Positions 28,290-42,306 of a DNA stretch of 64,000 bases are shown here, one piece after another (position 1 is the first letter of the stretch; each line of letters starts with the position of its first letter). A model generated the notes under the pieces. The model was not told the DNA's origin, made no database searches, and saw only the letters and a program-made list of their open reading frames with translations. The stretch lies in contig OZ199839.1 of the NCBI GenBank assembly GCA_964304625.1, forward strand, positions 6,082,311-6,146,310, written 5' to 3'. The DNA comes from Kudoa neothunni. Lineage: Eukaryota; Animalia; Cnidaria. The position numbers and the translations under genes were made by a program.

Positions 28290-31200
28290 TTATTTGATCT
28301 AGTTTCAGATAATGGTTTCATAAAATCCAAATGAAGAACATCAAAAAGAGCCTTAGTATTAAAGTGTTGATAGTCGGTAATGCCAATCTCACGGCAAAAC
28401 ATTAGATATAAATTGCAAGAACGAAAAAATTTGAATGTTGATTGTTGATCGTTGGTATCCAGGCCAAAAGAACCGTTTCCTCGGAAGATTAAACACTTTG
28501 AATCCCATCATATGCCCACAAAATCATGAAAATGAGTTAGCACTTTATTTCTTAGTTCATAAGGAAAGTATATTTGTTTCATCATTCCCTCCGGATCTTC
28601 AAATATGCGGTAGACAAAATTTTCCACGAGTACGAATTTTCCTCGCTTTGTATTTTTACTGTTACTAGAGACAGATAGCTTCTTCCTGTGATTCTTAAGA
28701 ATTTTGTCTGAGCCAATCGATTCACGGATTTCATCCGAAGTTAATAATTCTAATATAGGACTATTATTTGGAATAAGGTTAACGCGACGAATTATTCTAG
28801 AAACCACATAAGCATTGACATATTCAGTAGCTTGACGATAGCACACTTTAAAATTGTACTCTTGCAACTGCATTAATCGACGAGATATACAACCATGGGA
28901 ATCCTTCATAGTGCTAAGATAGGTCAAATGGTTATGGACAGTTAAACCCATAAACTGATTTCCAGTTTAATAGTATCGATGTTGACGGATGACCAAAATT
29001 ATTGTCAGGGCATCATTCTCCAAAGTGGGATACTTTCTCTCGATGTCATTCAAAGTTCTACTGGGATAGTATATGACGTGTTCAACACCATTAAATTTCT
29101 GAATCAATACACCTCCAATAGTGTTGTAGGAAGTATCTTTTTGAAGGATAAAATCTCTTTTAAAATTAGCGTAAGACAACAAGGGCGCAGTTGTGACCAC
29201 ATCATTCAATTTAAAAAATGAAGACTCGCAATTCTCATCCCATATGAAACGGATCAGCGTTTTTGTTAGATTGTTCAATCGACCAGTAATTGGAAAAGTT
29301 GGTGACGAATCTTCGATAATAATTTGCTATACCAAACAACGATTTTACCTCTTTTGAGTTTGAAGTTCCTGGAAATTCATGCACGCATTTGATTTTGTCA
29401 AGTGAAGATTTTATACCATCACGGGAGATTGTAAAACCAAGGAATTCAAGTTTTTCTTTGAAATGATGACACCTTATTTAATAAAAGACCTGCTTCCTTA
29501 ATTTTGTTTAAAATCAAATAAAGTTTTTCTTTATGGTCTTTCCATATTTTTGTGAATATTATATCATCGAGGTAAACAAAGCAAAATCTACCAATAAAAT
29601 TCTTTAATAAAATGTTCATGCGTCCTTGAAACATAGCAGAAACATTTGTTATTCCAAGGGGCATAACATTGAAGTGATAGAGACCATGCGGAGTAACAAA
29701 AGCAGTTTGCTCTCTATCTTCCAAAATAAAACGTAATTTGCTAATATCCACTTTTGAAATCCAACGTATTAAAATACTTATAACTTTCAAATTTATTTAA
29801 AAAATCGCCAAAATTAGGAAGCGGATAAACGTCTTTTTTTGTGTTCTCGTTTAATAAATGATAGTCGACTCACATTCACAGACCACCACTTTATTTTCTT
29901 TACAATTACTATGGGACATGCCCAGGAACTATTAATTAATTCAATCATTTTTTTATCTAGCGTCTCTTTTAGTTCAATCTTAAGTCATTCTTCGTATTTG
30001 TATGTGATCCTTCTTAGTAATTGACGCACAGGTTATGAGTTTGTATTGATAGAGTTCAATTAATTTGGTTTTTCCAAACATATTCTCATCATTAACCTCG
30101 TTAATAAAACCTTCCCAATATAGAATTTTTTTATACATTCAGATTTTCCAGGGTTTTTTTGTGAGTTGCTATCCAAGGAAAAGGACATTATCAAATTCGC
30201 AAGTGTGATGGTTTTGCTTTTGTAGTCAATAACGGTTCTATTATAATTCATGATGTTTGAATCAATTATCAAATCTTCACTCAGTCCACTCATGACAAGC
30301 GCTTTACATGAAATAACATTAGTGCCAATTCGAAAGGAGGCATCAAGTCGACCAATCATATCGCATTTTTCACCAAAGGATCAATAAGTGCTACTGAGCA
30401 TCTAACTATGGCAGACTCATTCTTGACCAATTTGGAATTGATGATGATTGCTTCAGATCCAGTGTCAACTAGTGCGGATACATCAGTTCCATACCAATTG
30501 ACGTATATCCTTATCAGTTTGTTAGCTTTAGCGTGGTTCAAGATAGACAGTTTTAAATTCATTAACATCGAGGAATCCATTACTTTAACGCGATTCCAAT
30601 TGTTTATCGATGTATTCAGATATTAAACGATGAGCCTTGCTAAATTCTTGTCGTAAATTGAGTTTTATGATGAAATAATGGTCCAATAATTCATCACCAA
30701 GGGCTAATGGGATTATTCCACAGAATCTTGTCGGAGATAGTCCTTCAAAAGATGTACCATATTCAGATTGTCCCAATTGGCAGAAAAATTATCTTTCCTG
30801 AATTTAGATAGGTTTATGTTTATAACCATTGTTATCCTACTCCTGTCGACAATTGTGAAAGTTCACGCCATGTACGCCGATAAAGACACCACGTCAACTA
30901 TAATAATTTACTAGCGGGAATTGACCTGCTTTGCTTGGGGAGGATTTCGCATAGATACGTTTCTTAATAATATTCAAAAAATATACTGAAGTTTCAAATT
31001 AACCATCTGATGCAAAATAATTAAAAATTTTCAAGTGGCATACTTTCCACGATTTGGATTAGCGAAATTAAAATTATGATCATTTCTGTGAAGGAAAGTA
31101 TCACTCCCGGCATTCATTTAAAAATTTCGTTACCCGGCACCAACACTAAATAATTTAATGTCAGTGTCGTATTTTTTTGCATTCCCAAATTATTTAAATC

Positions 31201-34200
31201 CCGTTAAATGGTTATCCTAGACGTTATTTTTGGTCCGGTTCCGAATGTTTTTACACCCTGTTTACGGCAGATGAATAAATAGAAAAAGATATAGAGATAG
31301 AAGAAAATTAATTTTTATTACTCAAATTAATATCCCTCGGCCAGGCAAGAGCTTAACTTACTTTTCCCCATAAACAACCATGAATCACGTCAAATTCAAC
31401 ATAAACAATTTAAGTAACTAGGTGAAATAAAAGTACAACCATCTGCATTGAATTTAATCACGGAAAGTTTACATTAGCGGACGATTTCAATGAAATCTAC
31501 GGATGTTATATTTCCATTATATTAAAATAAATTTAATTTTAACGTTATCCATCAATTCGTTATTCATTAAACATATATAGATTTTTTATCGTATCTAAAA
31601 CCATTAATAGAACCATCAAAATGTGTTTATCAAGTCAAATACGTTTAAACTCCCGACATAGATAGTGTATCTGCATGAACACCCAAATTTACAAATAAAA
31701 TTTTATACAAAGTCAGATAACAACAGTTAATAAACATTTGGTAGAACATATAAAGGGATAAATTAACTTCAACCGACCATCAGCAGGGCATAAGGGTGTT
31801 AATCCTATTGTCGAACTCGAGTAATGCGATAGAACAAACATTGAATCGACGAAATCACCATTTTCAAAACACTTCTGGGAACACATGATACTTTGAAAAC
31901 GATTTAAGATTGTTTGAAACATTTTGGTTTTTAAAAAATTTCATAAATATCTCTCTATAAGGAAAAATTTAGGACGCACATGCTTACCTACTGACACACA
32001 CGCTCACACGGACACTTCAGCTTTACATGTGTAGTAGATATTCCGCCCGATCACTTCGTAAATCTTAACAGAGTTTTAATACAGTCGAACTTGGATATTG
32101 CGTAATTTCACAAGTTCTTTGAAATATAACGGATATTTTAAATTTTTTACTCAAACGTTGCTTTTATATTGTTTAAATTAAGGTTAATTGAATAAGCGAA
32201 GATAAAAAGTATTTGTTAAAGATATATATATTTAAGTTAATGTGTTAAAACTAAAATCTCGGTACTGCGTAAAATTTTGTTCAGTTTAGTCTCCAATTAA
32301 TCTTCTTTTTAATTCTGCGAAACAAAAATGGTAAGGAATCGAAAAACAGTGGCTGAATAAATTAAATTATCGAATATTATAATTTGATTAAAACACTCAA
32401 AGTAAAAAAAAAAGAATGACTTAACTTCCCGAGCAATCTATAATATAAAATTATCTAATCCCAATATACAGTAAGGCCTCAATTTCGATATAGGGAGGTT
32501 TTTTGGGGAATGCAATTTACCACGCAATAGCAAGACCACTCGCAAATACAATTAATATTTGTATTTGTTGATGAAATGGCTATCTATTTTAGTATGTTTC
32601 TTTAACTTTTTAAATATTTCGTATTAGTGATCCATGGCAGGATATAGAGAGAGCAAAGCTGAGGGTTTTACAGATATAAAGGCCTTTCTAATTTTGCTTA
32701 TCGAGGCTTATAGTTGTTTCGTTGAAATTGTTTCTTTTTCCAAATCAAAATTGGGGTCTTCAGTACATATAGAATTATTTAATTTGTTTGTGTTGGAGCT
32801 GCCAAACGCATCACAAGAACAGCTTCAGCCTCTTCCATAGCGCCAACGTCATCGAGGTCATCAAATATGATCAAACGAGATAGGCAAAAATTAATACCAT
32901 CATAATTTCATAATTTTCATAATTCAAATCAATTAATGATTTTTCTGTATGTATATTAATTATTTCGAAATCAAGAAAAATATCACTACTGAAAATAGGA
33001 GATTTTTTGAAACAATTAAGTATGACTGAATTATTAACTGTTTTCCGAATATTTTTTTATGTATTTAGGAAAGTTAATATAGTTTATTTCGGAATACTTG
33101 TAGCATCGTTGTCAAATATAAGATTTTTGGCCAATATTTTTCTATAATTGGCCTTAAGACTATTAATAACACCGAGATCGATTCGTCGAGTGATGCTGGT
33201 GGTATTTTTTGGGGAGAAATAATAATTTGATATTTGTAGAGGAATTAATTGATTGAGTGTGATAAGGGCATTGATTAAATAACATAAGAACGTTTCTACT
33301 TTCTCGAAAAAATTTATTGTCCAAATCTTTATTATCTCATGGAAAATGGCTGCTGACATCCAACCATTTTTGAGAGAGAAATATTTGCAAGGGAAATTAT
33401 TCACCCCTTTAAAACAACGTTGTTTTTGAAACTTACCAATAACATAGAGCGGAAGTTTTTCTCCAACCAACGATATAGTTATCAACACGGTCACTATATT
33501 TTTTTGATCGTTTACAACCCCTCACTTCGATTTCATCTTTTGTTGTATAAATACGATAAGTACGTGTGGGAAGTTGTTCGTAAAAAGAGCAAATTCTTCA
33601 AGATTAAATATATTTTCATGATTGTAATTACTTATTCCATCCGAATATTGTCAAATCCATTCATTAGCTGCCATCACATCCGCATTATCTGCCTCGCCGT
33701 GAAGCTTTTGGTTTTTCAAACTGAACCATTATTTGAAATTACCAAACCACCCATTACTTGAATGAAAATCTTTGACTCTAAGATCATTTACTATAAGCGT
33801 CGCCTTTTATTTGATTATAAAAATTTGAGATGTTTTTCTTTTTTTCTCGCATGCTAACTATCCAATCATACAACTCATTTTCAATATGGGTGTATTTTCC
33901 CCGTGAAACTCGTATTGGGTAAAATGAAACGTTTGAACTAATAGGTTCATCTTTTTTGATAATATTCCATCGAGAGAGGAATGACCTATCCTGATTTATC
34001 TAAAGTTAAAATCTAGTCATTATTTGACGGGTTAAAATGCTTCATTGTGATCATTTTATCTTAGATATTGTTTTAATCGAGTCGCAATATTGAATTATTC
34101 GAATTTTTTTCTTCTATGTTTCTCTGAGATCGTCCTACCATTATTTCGTTGGGGTCAAATATGGGATTAATCGGATTAAAAAAAAATAAAAAAAGCCACA

Positions 34201-35905
34201 CAACAGCTAGACCATCGATTTCGATGATTTTGAATTTGATTGAACCAAAAATTAATAACCGTGCTTTTTAAAAAAGTTTTCTATTGGCTAGAATACTTTT
34301 TTGAAATTTTTAAGTTAGAAAACAACGAAAAATTTTTAATTACGCTATATCGAGGCCCTACTATATACTGAATTCTTAACGCAATTTTCATATTAATTGA
34401 TAAGGATTCGATAGACCCATGAGTGTGCCTACAAGAGTTCGAAGATTCCCAAAAGATTGGGAACCACTGATCTAAATCATCACATTGCAATAATAATGGC
34501 AAGCTTTAAAACGCATCAATTAAAATAGAAAAATAAAATTTACAGTATTTAACGTGCTAATTAGATTAACTCTCCCATAAAATTTCTCCATTCGGAAATA
34601 CAACTAAAAGTTAAAATTTTCCATCACACAATATCACAGTACCAGGCAAAGCTGGGCATTAGCGCTATTTATTTAACAATCAACAAGGCTTTAGTCTGCT
34701 CGGATTTTAGCCTGCTTGGCTGTGCGAGGAAACTTTTACGCTAGTATCCTTTAAAAATTCTATTCAAAAGTTTTAAAGATATTTTCAAAATCAATTCCAT
34801 CACATTCATCTCAGTTTAATCTTTATTTATCAATAATTATTTTAAAGTTAAACTATGAAATTAAATAGAAAACATGAATATACAAATCAAAGATCTTATA
34901 GATAATAAGATTTAAATTTCACCTCGAATATTTAGTTTCTTAAGCGGTTTATCTATTATTACAGTTTCGCCATTATTTTGAATGTGAAAATATAAAATAA
35001 ATTAAATAATTATTTCTTAATTATGTGTAATTTTAAGTATTTCTTAGTTAGTATAGAAAGACGATAAAATAATTTCGATATTGGAATCGTTATACAAACC
35101 CTCAGAATGAAAAATTCAATTTCGATAATATACAGTAGTTATTCAACAACTGAGTTAATAATCGTTGTCACATGCGATCAACTCAAAACGTAAAAAATTT
35201 ACCTTTTAAATAGGTTTCCAAACCCCTTCAAATCAAACAATAGTGTCACATACGATACACAGTAACCCATTGCAATTCCAACGCCAATAACTATGGATGG
35301 CAACGGAGTCACATAGGTTCTTATTTCGTTGATAAGTATCTCACTTAGGAAAGCCTGTGGTTGTTAATTATTATTGTAAATGGTCACTAGTTACAAAAGC
35401 TCATACATTAATAGACACCGCATTGAAACCAGTGCCGAATCCAATCAGTATCCGACTCACCAACAATAATGTGAGAGTGCTTTTCTCATTGAATGTGATA
35501 CTGTTTATGAGAGTCAATAGTGGTAGGATGTAACCAACAGCATATAACGTTGATGCAATCAACAACGACACTTTTCTGCCGTATTTGTCCATCACAATGA
35601 ACCCACACAACAAACTTCCAATAAGACAGCCTATTATCATTATACTCTAGTATAAATAATAGTTGAAATAATCAATTTGCAAAATACTGACACATTTGTA
35701 AAAATACCGAAAAATATTTTCCATTATCTGCAGCTAGCATACCACTGTCTATTAACAGAGATTTTGTAATTGACGTATAACTAAGCGAATAGCCATAAGA
35801 TAGGTCACAAATGCTGATCAACAAAGAGTAGCATCCCACAGCTATTTTTGAGAATTTTTCATTAGAAGTATTTGTGGTAGTTGTTTGAGCTAATTGTTGA
35901 GTCAT
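23376..35905 (-). CDS. MFS sugar porter (SLC2A6/8, Tret1-like), split by a ~10.6-kb TE-filled intron; 3' half frameshifted
   Basis: 5' exons 35905-~35708, ~35649-35408 and ~35354-35203 contain DKYGRK, SRILIGFGTG and FLSEI. Donor at 35202, acceptor near 24589. 3' exons contain PESPVW, VPWVISIEI, NWIFSFVV and PETK. TATATAA near 36090. Several frameshifts between 23400 and 24590. Confidence 0.85.
27141..32070 (-). mobile_element. Degenerate Ty3/gypsy LTR retrotransposon with ~89-bp LTRs
   Basis: Minus-strand order PR (ALVDTGSE), RT (MPLGITN, YLDD), RNase H (IGGVLIQ, SRTLNDIERKY), INT (LHLDFM, SRFGVP, NGIVERVN). 3' LTR 27141-27229 (TG..CA) is preceded by a purine tract GGAAGTGGTGTGGAG. 5' LTR is split (30854-~30908 plus ~32039-32070) and followed by a tRNA-Leu-like PBS TTGTCGACAGGAGTAGGAT. 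Confidence 0.9.
30909..32038 (+). mobile_element. Non-autonomous Helitron/Helentron-like insertion inside the gypsy 5' LTR
   Basis: Interrupts the LTR relative to the 27141 copy. Begins TACTAGCGGGAATTGACCTGCTTTGCTTGGG and ends ..ACACACGC..GGACACTTCAGCTTTACATGTGTAGTAG, as in DINE/HINE-type elements; no TSD. Confidence 0.6.
32469..34363 (-). mobile_element. Degenerate Tigger/pogo (CENP-B-like DDE_1) transposon
   Basis: Remnants ENELYDWI, SNGWFGNFK, TVLITISLVGEKLPLYVIGK, KNGWMS and NTTSITRRIDLGVINSLKANYRK. TIR-like CAGTAAGGCCTC..CGATATAG / CTATATCGAGGCCCTACTA with TA flanks. Confidence 0.85.
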
Positions 35906-36413
35906 GGTGTTATGTGATTATTGCTCCTTTTTGTTTTTTAAGAGCTTTAAATTATTTTAGTCGATTATGTTTTACGATTATGTTTGAATTCAGTTTTTTT
36001 CTAACTACGATCATATTTAGCCCTTTAGCTGACTCCAAAATGAATTGCAAGTTCTCTCTGCCTTTCTAGTTGTGAAACCTCCCTTTTATATAACACGCAG
36101 AATTTTGAATATTAGGAAAAATTTCGATGTTTACGTTAGGTTTTTATTACAGAAAGTCACTAATCCGATATACTATCAAAAACAATTTTATTTTTTACTT
36201 CAAAGTTGTGACGGTTCCAAAAACCACAGTATATTGTTTTTTTAACAAATTTTAATATATTTCAAATTCAATAATTAAGAGATGTTTTGTTCTATGATGT
36301 TCAACATATACCATCAGCTAAAAGATTAAAACAACAATGTTTTGAATTTGGTGATTAATCAACTTGTTTATTTAATAAGAAAACAAAACATACACATATT
36401 ATACCGAATTTAA

Positions 36414-38388
36414 CCCTCCAAGCACGTCAAAATCTCCTATACATCTATACATCACGTCGTTCTTAGGGTACAATGGACCCCATTTTTTATTGTTTATTTT
36501 TAGTTTATAAAATTATATTAGTTCGCGTTTTAAAGTAAAAAATAATTCTATCGAGTGAATAAGGAAGAAAGCTGAGAATACTAAAAAATCGTTATCTTTC
36601 GATTGTATCCGAATATTCGAAATGTGTTTTTTCTACGTATATATTGGGGGAAAATTTAGTTTTCACACTGAATTTTAATATACATTTAAGTTAATGAAAA
36701 ATAATAAATATTTTTGAAGAAAAGTTATTTATATAGTTTTACAAACAACTCAATATACAATGCGTAAAGTAGCTGTTCATTAATTATTAAAATCGGCTAA
36801 TTTTATTAACTTTTAGCTAATACATTGCTGAAACAAATTTTTATTCTTTATGGATTCATAAAAAACGACATACATTATTTTTCCTCTTAATAACCGAAAA
36901 ATCTATACCGGGCAAATAAAAATGGGGGGCAGAAATGTACTCCGCGTTTTCCATTTCAAAAAATTGTATTAAATAAAAATGAATGTCTACATAAAAATAT
37001 GAGGAAAATTCTTCGTTTGAATTAAGTATAAACGTTCACTTATTAACGTTGTCTTGTTTGCGAATGTGCAAAATTACATGTTGATACGTTATTTTGGAAT
37101 ATGATTGATTGTATTTTTAGGTTTATTTTTGTGATTTTTTATTTGACAACTAACCCAAATATTTTAACTACTTCATGTTAATTTATCTTCTTATAATCAA
37201 CACGATATAATATAGCGTAAAAACACACAAAATGATTGTAAATAGTGCTTATTTCATAAAAACAGTTATCACTTGTTTTCTAATGCCCTCCTACCCTCAC
37301 AATACGAAACTATGCAAAATGATGACATACAGTATGCAACCGATATTACGCACTTTCATCGACACGACGTAATCAATGTTTATATTGGATGGATCATTTT
37401 ATAATATTTTTGTGATTGTAACAAGATAAAAATCTAAAAATATTTTTGAATTAAACTAGGATATTTTCAATGTGTTGTATCACGTGACTAACGGATAATA
37501 CGCAATATTTTCGGCCAAATCACGTAGATTAAATTGTTTTTATTGGAAACGAGGTAAAAATTTTAATTCTCACGGTTGAATTTTTGAACGAAATGAAAAA
37601 TTATTTTGAATCATTTATTAAAAAATGGTTATTTCCATGAAAATAGAATAAATTTTATTTCAAGATAATGTTAGTTGCCAATTAAAGAATGTTATATATG
37701 TACATAAATAAAGATTTTAGGATTAAAAAAAATTCATATTGCGCTAGAAAGTGAATAAGACATAAAATTCTATTTATAACTTTGTAGAACTGACCATTCA
37801 CTAAATTTTATCCCAGTGTAAAAGGATATATAAAAATATTTAATCAATAAATATAGTAAAATAAAAATTACTAATTATTTGTTGACCAAATAATCTTAAT
37901 AATGTTTTTTGTTATTCTATTCAAATAAACGATGTAGTATTCATGCTGAAAAATATAGTAAACGCAAAATAAAATTACCCGCGCACACATCTCACGCTGT
38001 ATTATTTATTATAGGTTACAACGTTTAATATGCACTTTTTTCTGTGGTCCTGAGAGGGTTTACGTATTATCTATTGCCTACTGTACTTATATCAACGTTG
38101 CACATGTGGGTGAGCTTCACTTGCGTCGTATTCAGTTATTTATTCGATAAAATTTCCGGAAATTTTCAAAATTGACATTTATCAATATTTTAAATAATTT
38201 TATATGGAAGGTTTTTTTTACATTAACATTTTTGGTATATGACAAAAAAAATTTCAATTAATTTTTCTGAGACCTTTTATAAAGATAAAAGATTACAGAA
38301 CTCGAGAGGAGTTTGTTCCATTAATACGCTAACTTATTGTTGACAAAATTCAAATGGGGTAGAAATTTACCGCATTTTACTTAGAAGG
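36414..38388. mobile_element. Non-autonomous piggyBac element containing a nested MITE
   Basis: TTAA on both sides; ends CCCTCCAAG / CTTAGAAGG; subterminal GGGGTAGAAATTTACC repeats. Confidence 0.7.
37330..38083. mobile_element. TA-flanked MITE nested in the piggyBac derivative
   Basis: TIR CAGTATGCAACCGATATTACG / CGTATTATCTATTGCCTACTG with TA TSD; the empty site is visible in the sister copy near 45345. Confidence 0.8.
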
Positions 38389-40920
38389 TTAATCTAGACA
38401 TTTTAAATATTATTCTTTCGAAATTCTTCTACAGAATGAATTTTCAAAGTTCTTAGCGTTAATTTACATTTAATTAAAAATTTTCGTTATACGAAGCAAT
38501 GTGCGCTTAACTATTCATGAAAATATAATCCGCATGTCCAAACTATATTATTCATCTTTCTTATGTCAGTCACAGTATTTATTATAAACGAATTAAACTT
38601 ATTATATTTTTTTTTGGACAGTAGAAAATTATTATTTAATTATACTCAAGATGTATACGATTCTATCGGAATAAGTATTTTATTTACACTCAAAAGTTTA
38701 ATAAAATATGGGAAAATGTACCACGGTAGACAATCGATATTGCACATTTTTGGCGAATTTACGAAAATAATAAATCTCCTCTTAGGAATATAAATGATAA
38801 AAATAGCGGCCTTTTTATTGATATAATATGAATGAATAAAATTCTATAGCAAACAAAAAACTAAGTGATAGTTAAATTAAAAAAAATTAATTATTTTGGC
38901 TTGAGTCATATGTCTACCCACTATAGCACATATATCAATTTCCAAGTTTAAAAATAATCTAAAGAGATTTAAACGATTTTAAACTTGTAAGAAAATATGA
39001 TTTTTATTCAGAGAATCCTATTTAGGTTTGTTATACTTGATATGTTGAAATGTTTCACATTAGCTATATTTTGCGTTTTTCGAATCGGAAATTTTCAAAG
39101 CAATTACTATTTTTTATTTTAACATCCTTATGTGTTAACTTTTTATTGTCGCCATATTTTTATTTTTTCTGGGAATAATGGTACATCAATAAACAGAGGG
39201 CCCAAAAAAAGTGTGCAAAATCGATATAAAGCACATTAATTTAGGTAGGTATCTTTCATCATTTACAGTCAATTAATTAATTGAGCTAAAATTAACTTTA
39301 AGTTTAATATATTTGTTTACATAAAAACTTAGAATTATAATTAAATAACTGCAAAAAGTGTGAAATTCGATTATCGACTGTGTTTTTAATTTTGGCAAAA
39401 AAATTGAATGAATTATTTTAAAAAAAGTTAATCTCACATATATTTTGTTCAAATTATACGACACATTACTGACTTTATATGACGATTTAAATAAAGAAAA
39501 TTAAACCTTCATGACAGTTTATAGGGAAAAAGTGTACTGTACTTGTATGTTTGTTTTAACTAAAAAATTAAAAAAAATTGTTTTTACACAAACGTTGGTA
39601 TTGAAAATGTGCTATATGCAACAATGGTTTATTCAAAAAAATAATGGACTGCTGAATTTTGAAAAGAAAATTTCTCCTAACATCGATTACAAAAAATCTA
39701 CTGTGAACGAATTACACAATCTAGTTAATGCATTGACTTAATCTCTTCGACCTCGAAATTAACCCTCGAATTTTTGAAGGCTTAGTCTCTATACTCATAT
39801 TTTTAAATGCCTAGTTGTGATATTAAGTTCCAAATTGAAGCTTCCTTGTATTAAAAATTTTATTGATTAAAGTTTTATTATGATGTTGGGATTCCATTAT
39901 TTTCTCATGCATACATTAACACTTTAGTACGAAAAAATATTTATAGAAAAATTATAATAGTTGCAGTTATTGATTGTTAAAGTGTGAAATTAAAATTGAT
40001 AACTTGCAAGATAATTAATTGATTTTTATAAAAAAATTAGTTGTTCCTACCCCACGATTACCACGTAGATTAAATTTCTTATTTTTACCCATCCAATTCT
40101 CTTTCTTGATGTGTAAAATTCTCTAATTGCGTGCTTCCTAGTCATATTTTGTTGTTTTTAACCATCCTGAAACTTTGCTATAAGGAATATCCTCGTTATA
40201 TCGAGGGTATTGCATGGTTTTAAAAAAATTATAAACTAGTTCTCAATTATAAGTTGATATTATTGTTTAATAAAGAAAATTAATTCAAACCATTCCTAAA
40301 ATAAAGGTTGAAATCAAAATATTGCTTTATCTAGATTCGACTGGAAAAATAAAGTGGTATGGAATCAATTCATTTAACCACTCACATAAAATCCAGCATA
40401 ATAAACCAACCTATTAATTAATCCATACAAGAATTCCCCAAACTTCTTAAAAAAGCCCTCTTGACACGAATAATAGATTTATGTCAATAGGACTAAGTGC
40501 GTCAATAAATTTTCAAGTTATTTATTTAAAAAATATTGATATATTATAATAACATTAAAACTAAAAGTTTCAACGAAGGCTTGAATAACGAGAAAATGTT
40601 TTTCGCAATTGCTTGCGTACTTGCTGATACGAAGTGACATATTATTATTATTATCATAGAAATAAATACGTAAAAATAATCTTCGAAAATTTTATGATTT
40701 CCCGTTGAATGTGAGAATATTGTAATACTTGAGATTAATTTAGTGTTCTTGGGATAAACTAAGATTGCGAAAATTCCGCCATTTCTGTTTACCCAAGGGA
40801 TACACATTCACTAACCAACGAACAATCAGCTTTATATATAAGATAATTGGTTGGTAAAAATAATTGATAGATAATACGGTTTTTACATTATTGCAATATT
40901 GAGTAATTGATTGTTTTTAT

Positions 40921-42306
40921 ATGTTTGAAAAATTCCTTCGTAAACAAATGAAGACTGCATTTCTTTCCAATATAGTAATTTTTAGCATTTGGCTCAATTT
41001 TAACATGTTTATTGTAGCCTGTATCTCGTTTCGTGAAATATTTTATTATATTGTTTTGCATATTTTTTGTTTTATGTGTTATTAAACTATGTGTTCCGAG
41101 AGCAAGTATTCAACTAATTCATTTCTAAACATTAATTATTATAAGTTGCAAAATACTCGATGAAGGCGGCTGTGGAAACGGATATTTGCCGTTTTGAACG
41201 GCATCTGTGTAGTTGTTGTGTTGGTGAACATTTACTATTATTTAGCTAGCACAATACCTGTGAATCTGGATAACATATCCATTGAAGAAGTGGAAAAATT
41301 GTTAAAAACAAAATATAAAGATAAAATGAATGCAAAGGGGATTTTTGGTAACATTTACCATGGGAGAGATTACGTAATAATAAATTCCTTTATTTGGAAT
41401 TATTTACGTGAAATAGGTTGCTATAGTTGTTCCATATAAAAATAGGCTTAAACAGCTAGGAGTGTTTTTAAGGCACATGCACCCATTCCTACAGAATCAA
41501 AATATTAATTATAAGATTTATATAGTGAACCAAGTATAACATGTGAGATGCATAACTGTTATGATAATGAATTAGACCAATGACTCCCCATTCAACCGAG
41601 GTTTACTATTGAACGTGGGATATCTCGAAAGTTTAAAATTCGATAAATACGAATGTTTCATATTTACTGATATTGATCTACTGCCAGAAAATCAATACAA
41701 CCTATATGATTGTTCCCATTCACCAGAACATTTGTCCCAAAATATTAAATCCTACAATTATAGGTAGGTAGGTTTTCTATATTATAAATAGGTAAACTAA
41801 TAACAAAGAAATTTATACGATACTTACATTGGTGGAGTGTTGGCAATGTCACCAAAACACCTTCAAAAGGTGAATGGATTCGCAAATGTTTATTGGGGTT
41901 GGGGCGCTGAAGACGACGATTTATATAATCGGTGTGAAATTCATGTTTGAGCAAATACACAATAATTAACCTCAACCTAGTATTAGATCCAAAGGCTTAA
42001 AATTATACAGGAAACACCCATCATTAACTCGTTACACTGATAATACGAAACATCATACGAGGCATAGTGGGGCCGAATCCTAAACGGTATTAATTCTGGA
42101 TTCTGTTATTAATTTCAATAACGTCATTTAGGCATTATATTTTGGGAGTGATGAAAAATTTAGCTGTAAAATCTGGATTGAAAAATATTATATATAAGAT
42201 CACCTCAATAAAGGAACATATGTTATTCACTGAGATAAATGTTGATTTAGTCGACGCTTATAACGATTACCTCTTCAACTGGGATCCGATATTTAGTATT
42301 GGTTAA
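40921..42306 (+). CDS. B4GALT: Beta-1,4-galactosyltransferase-like, GT7, type II membrane protein
   Basis: Nine exons with ~37-50 nt introns. N-terminal TM (YFIILFCIFFVLCVI), then VAIVVPYKNR, HPFLQNQ, FNRGLLLNVGY, FTDIDLLP (DxD), YIGGV, NGFANVYWGWGAEDDD and PNPKR. One extra base near the GGGG at ~42070 shifts the frame. Confidence 0.93.

Noticed and set aside
27500-30800. Programmed frameshifting in pol
   Set aside because: Many scattered shifts and stops inside conserved domains indicate decay.
38563-40807. Short F/I/L/K/N-rich ORFs in intergenic DNA (also 61153-61431)
   Set aside because: Composition is what AT-rich non-coding DNA yields by chance; no splice structure or motifs.
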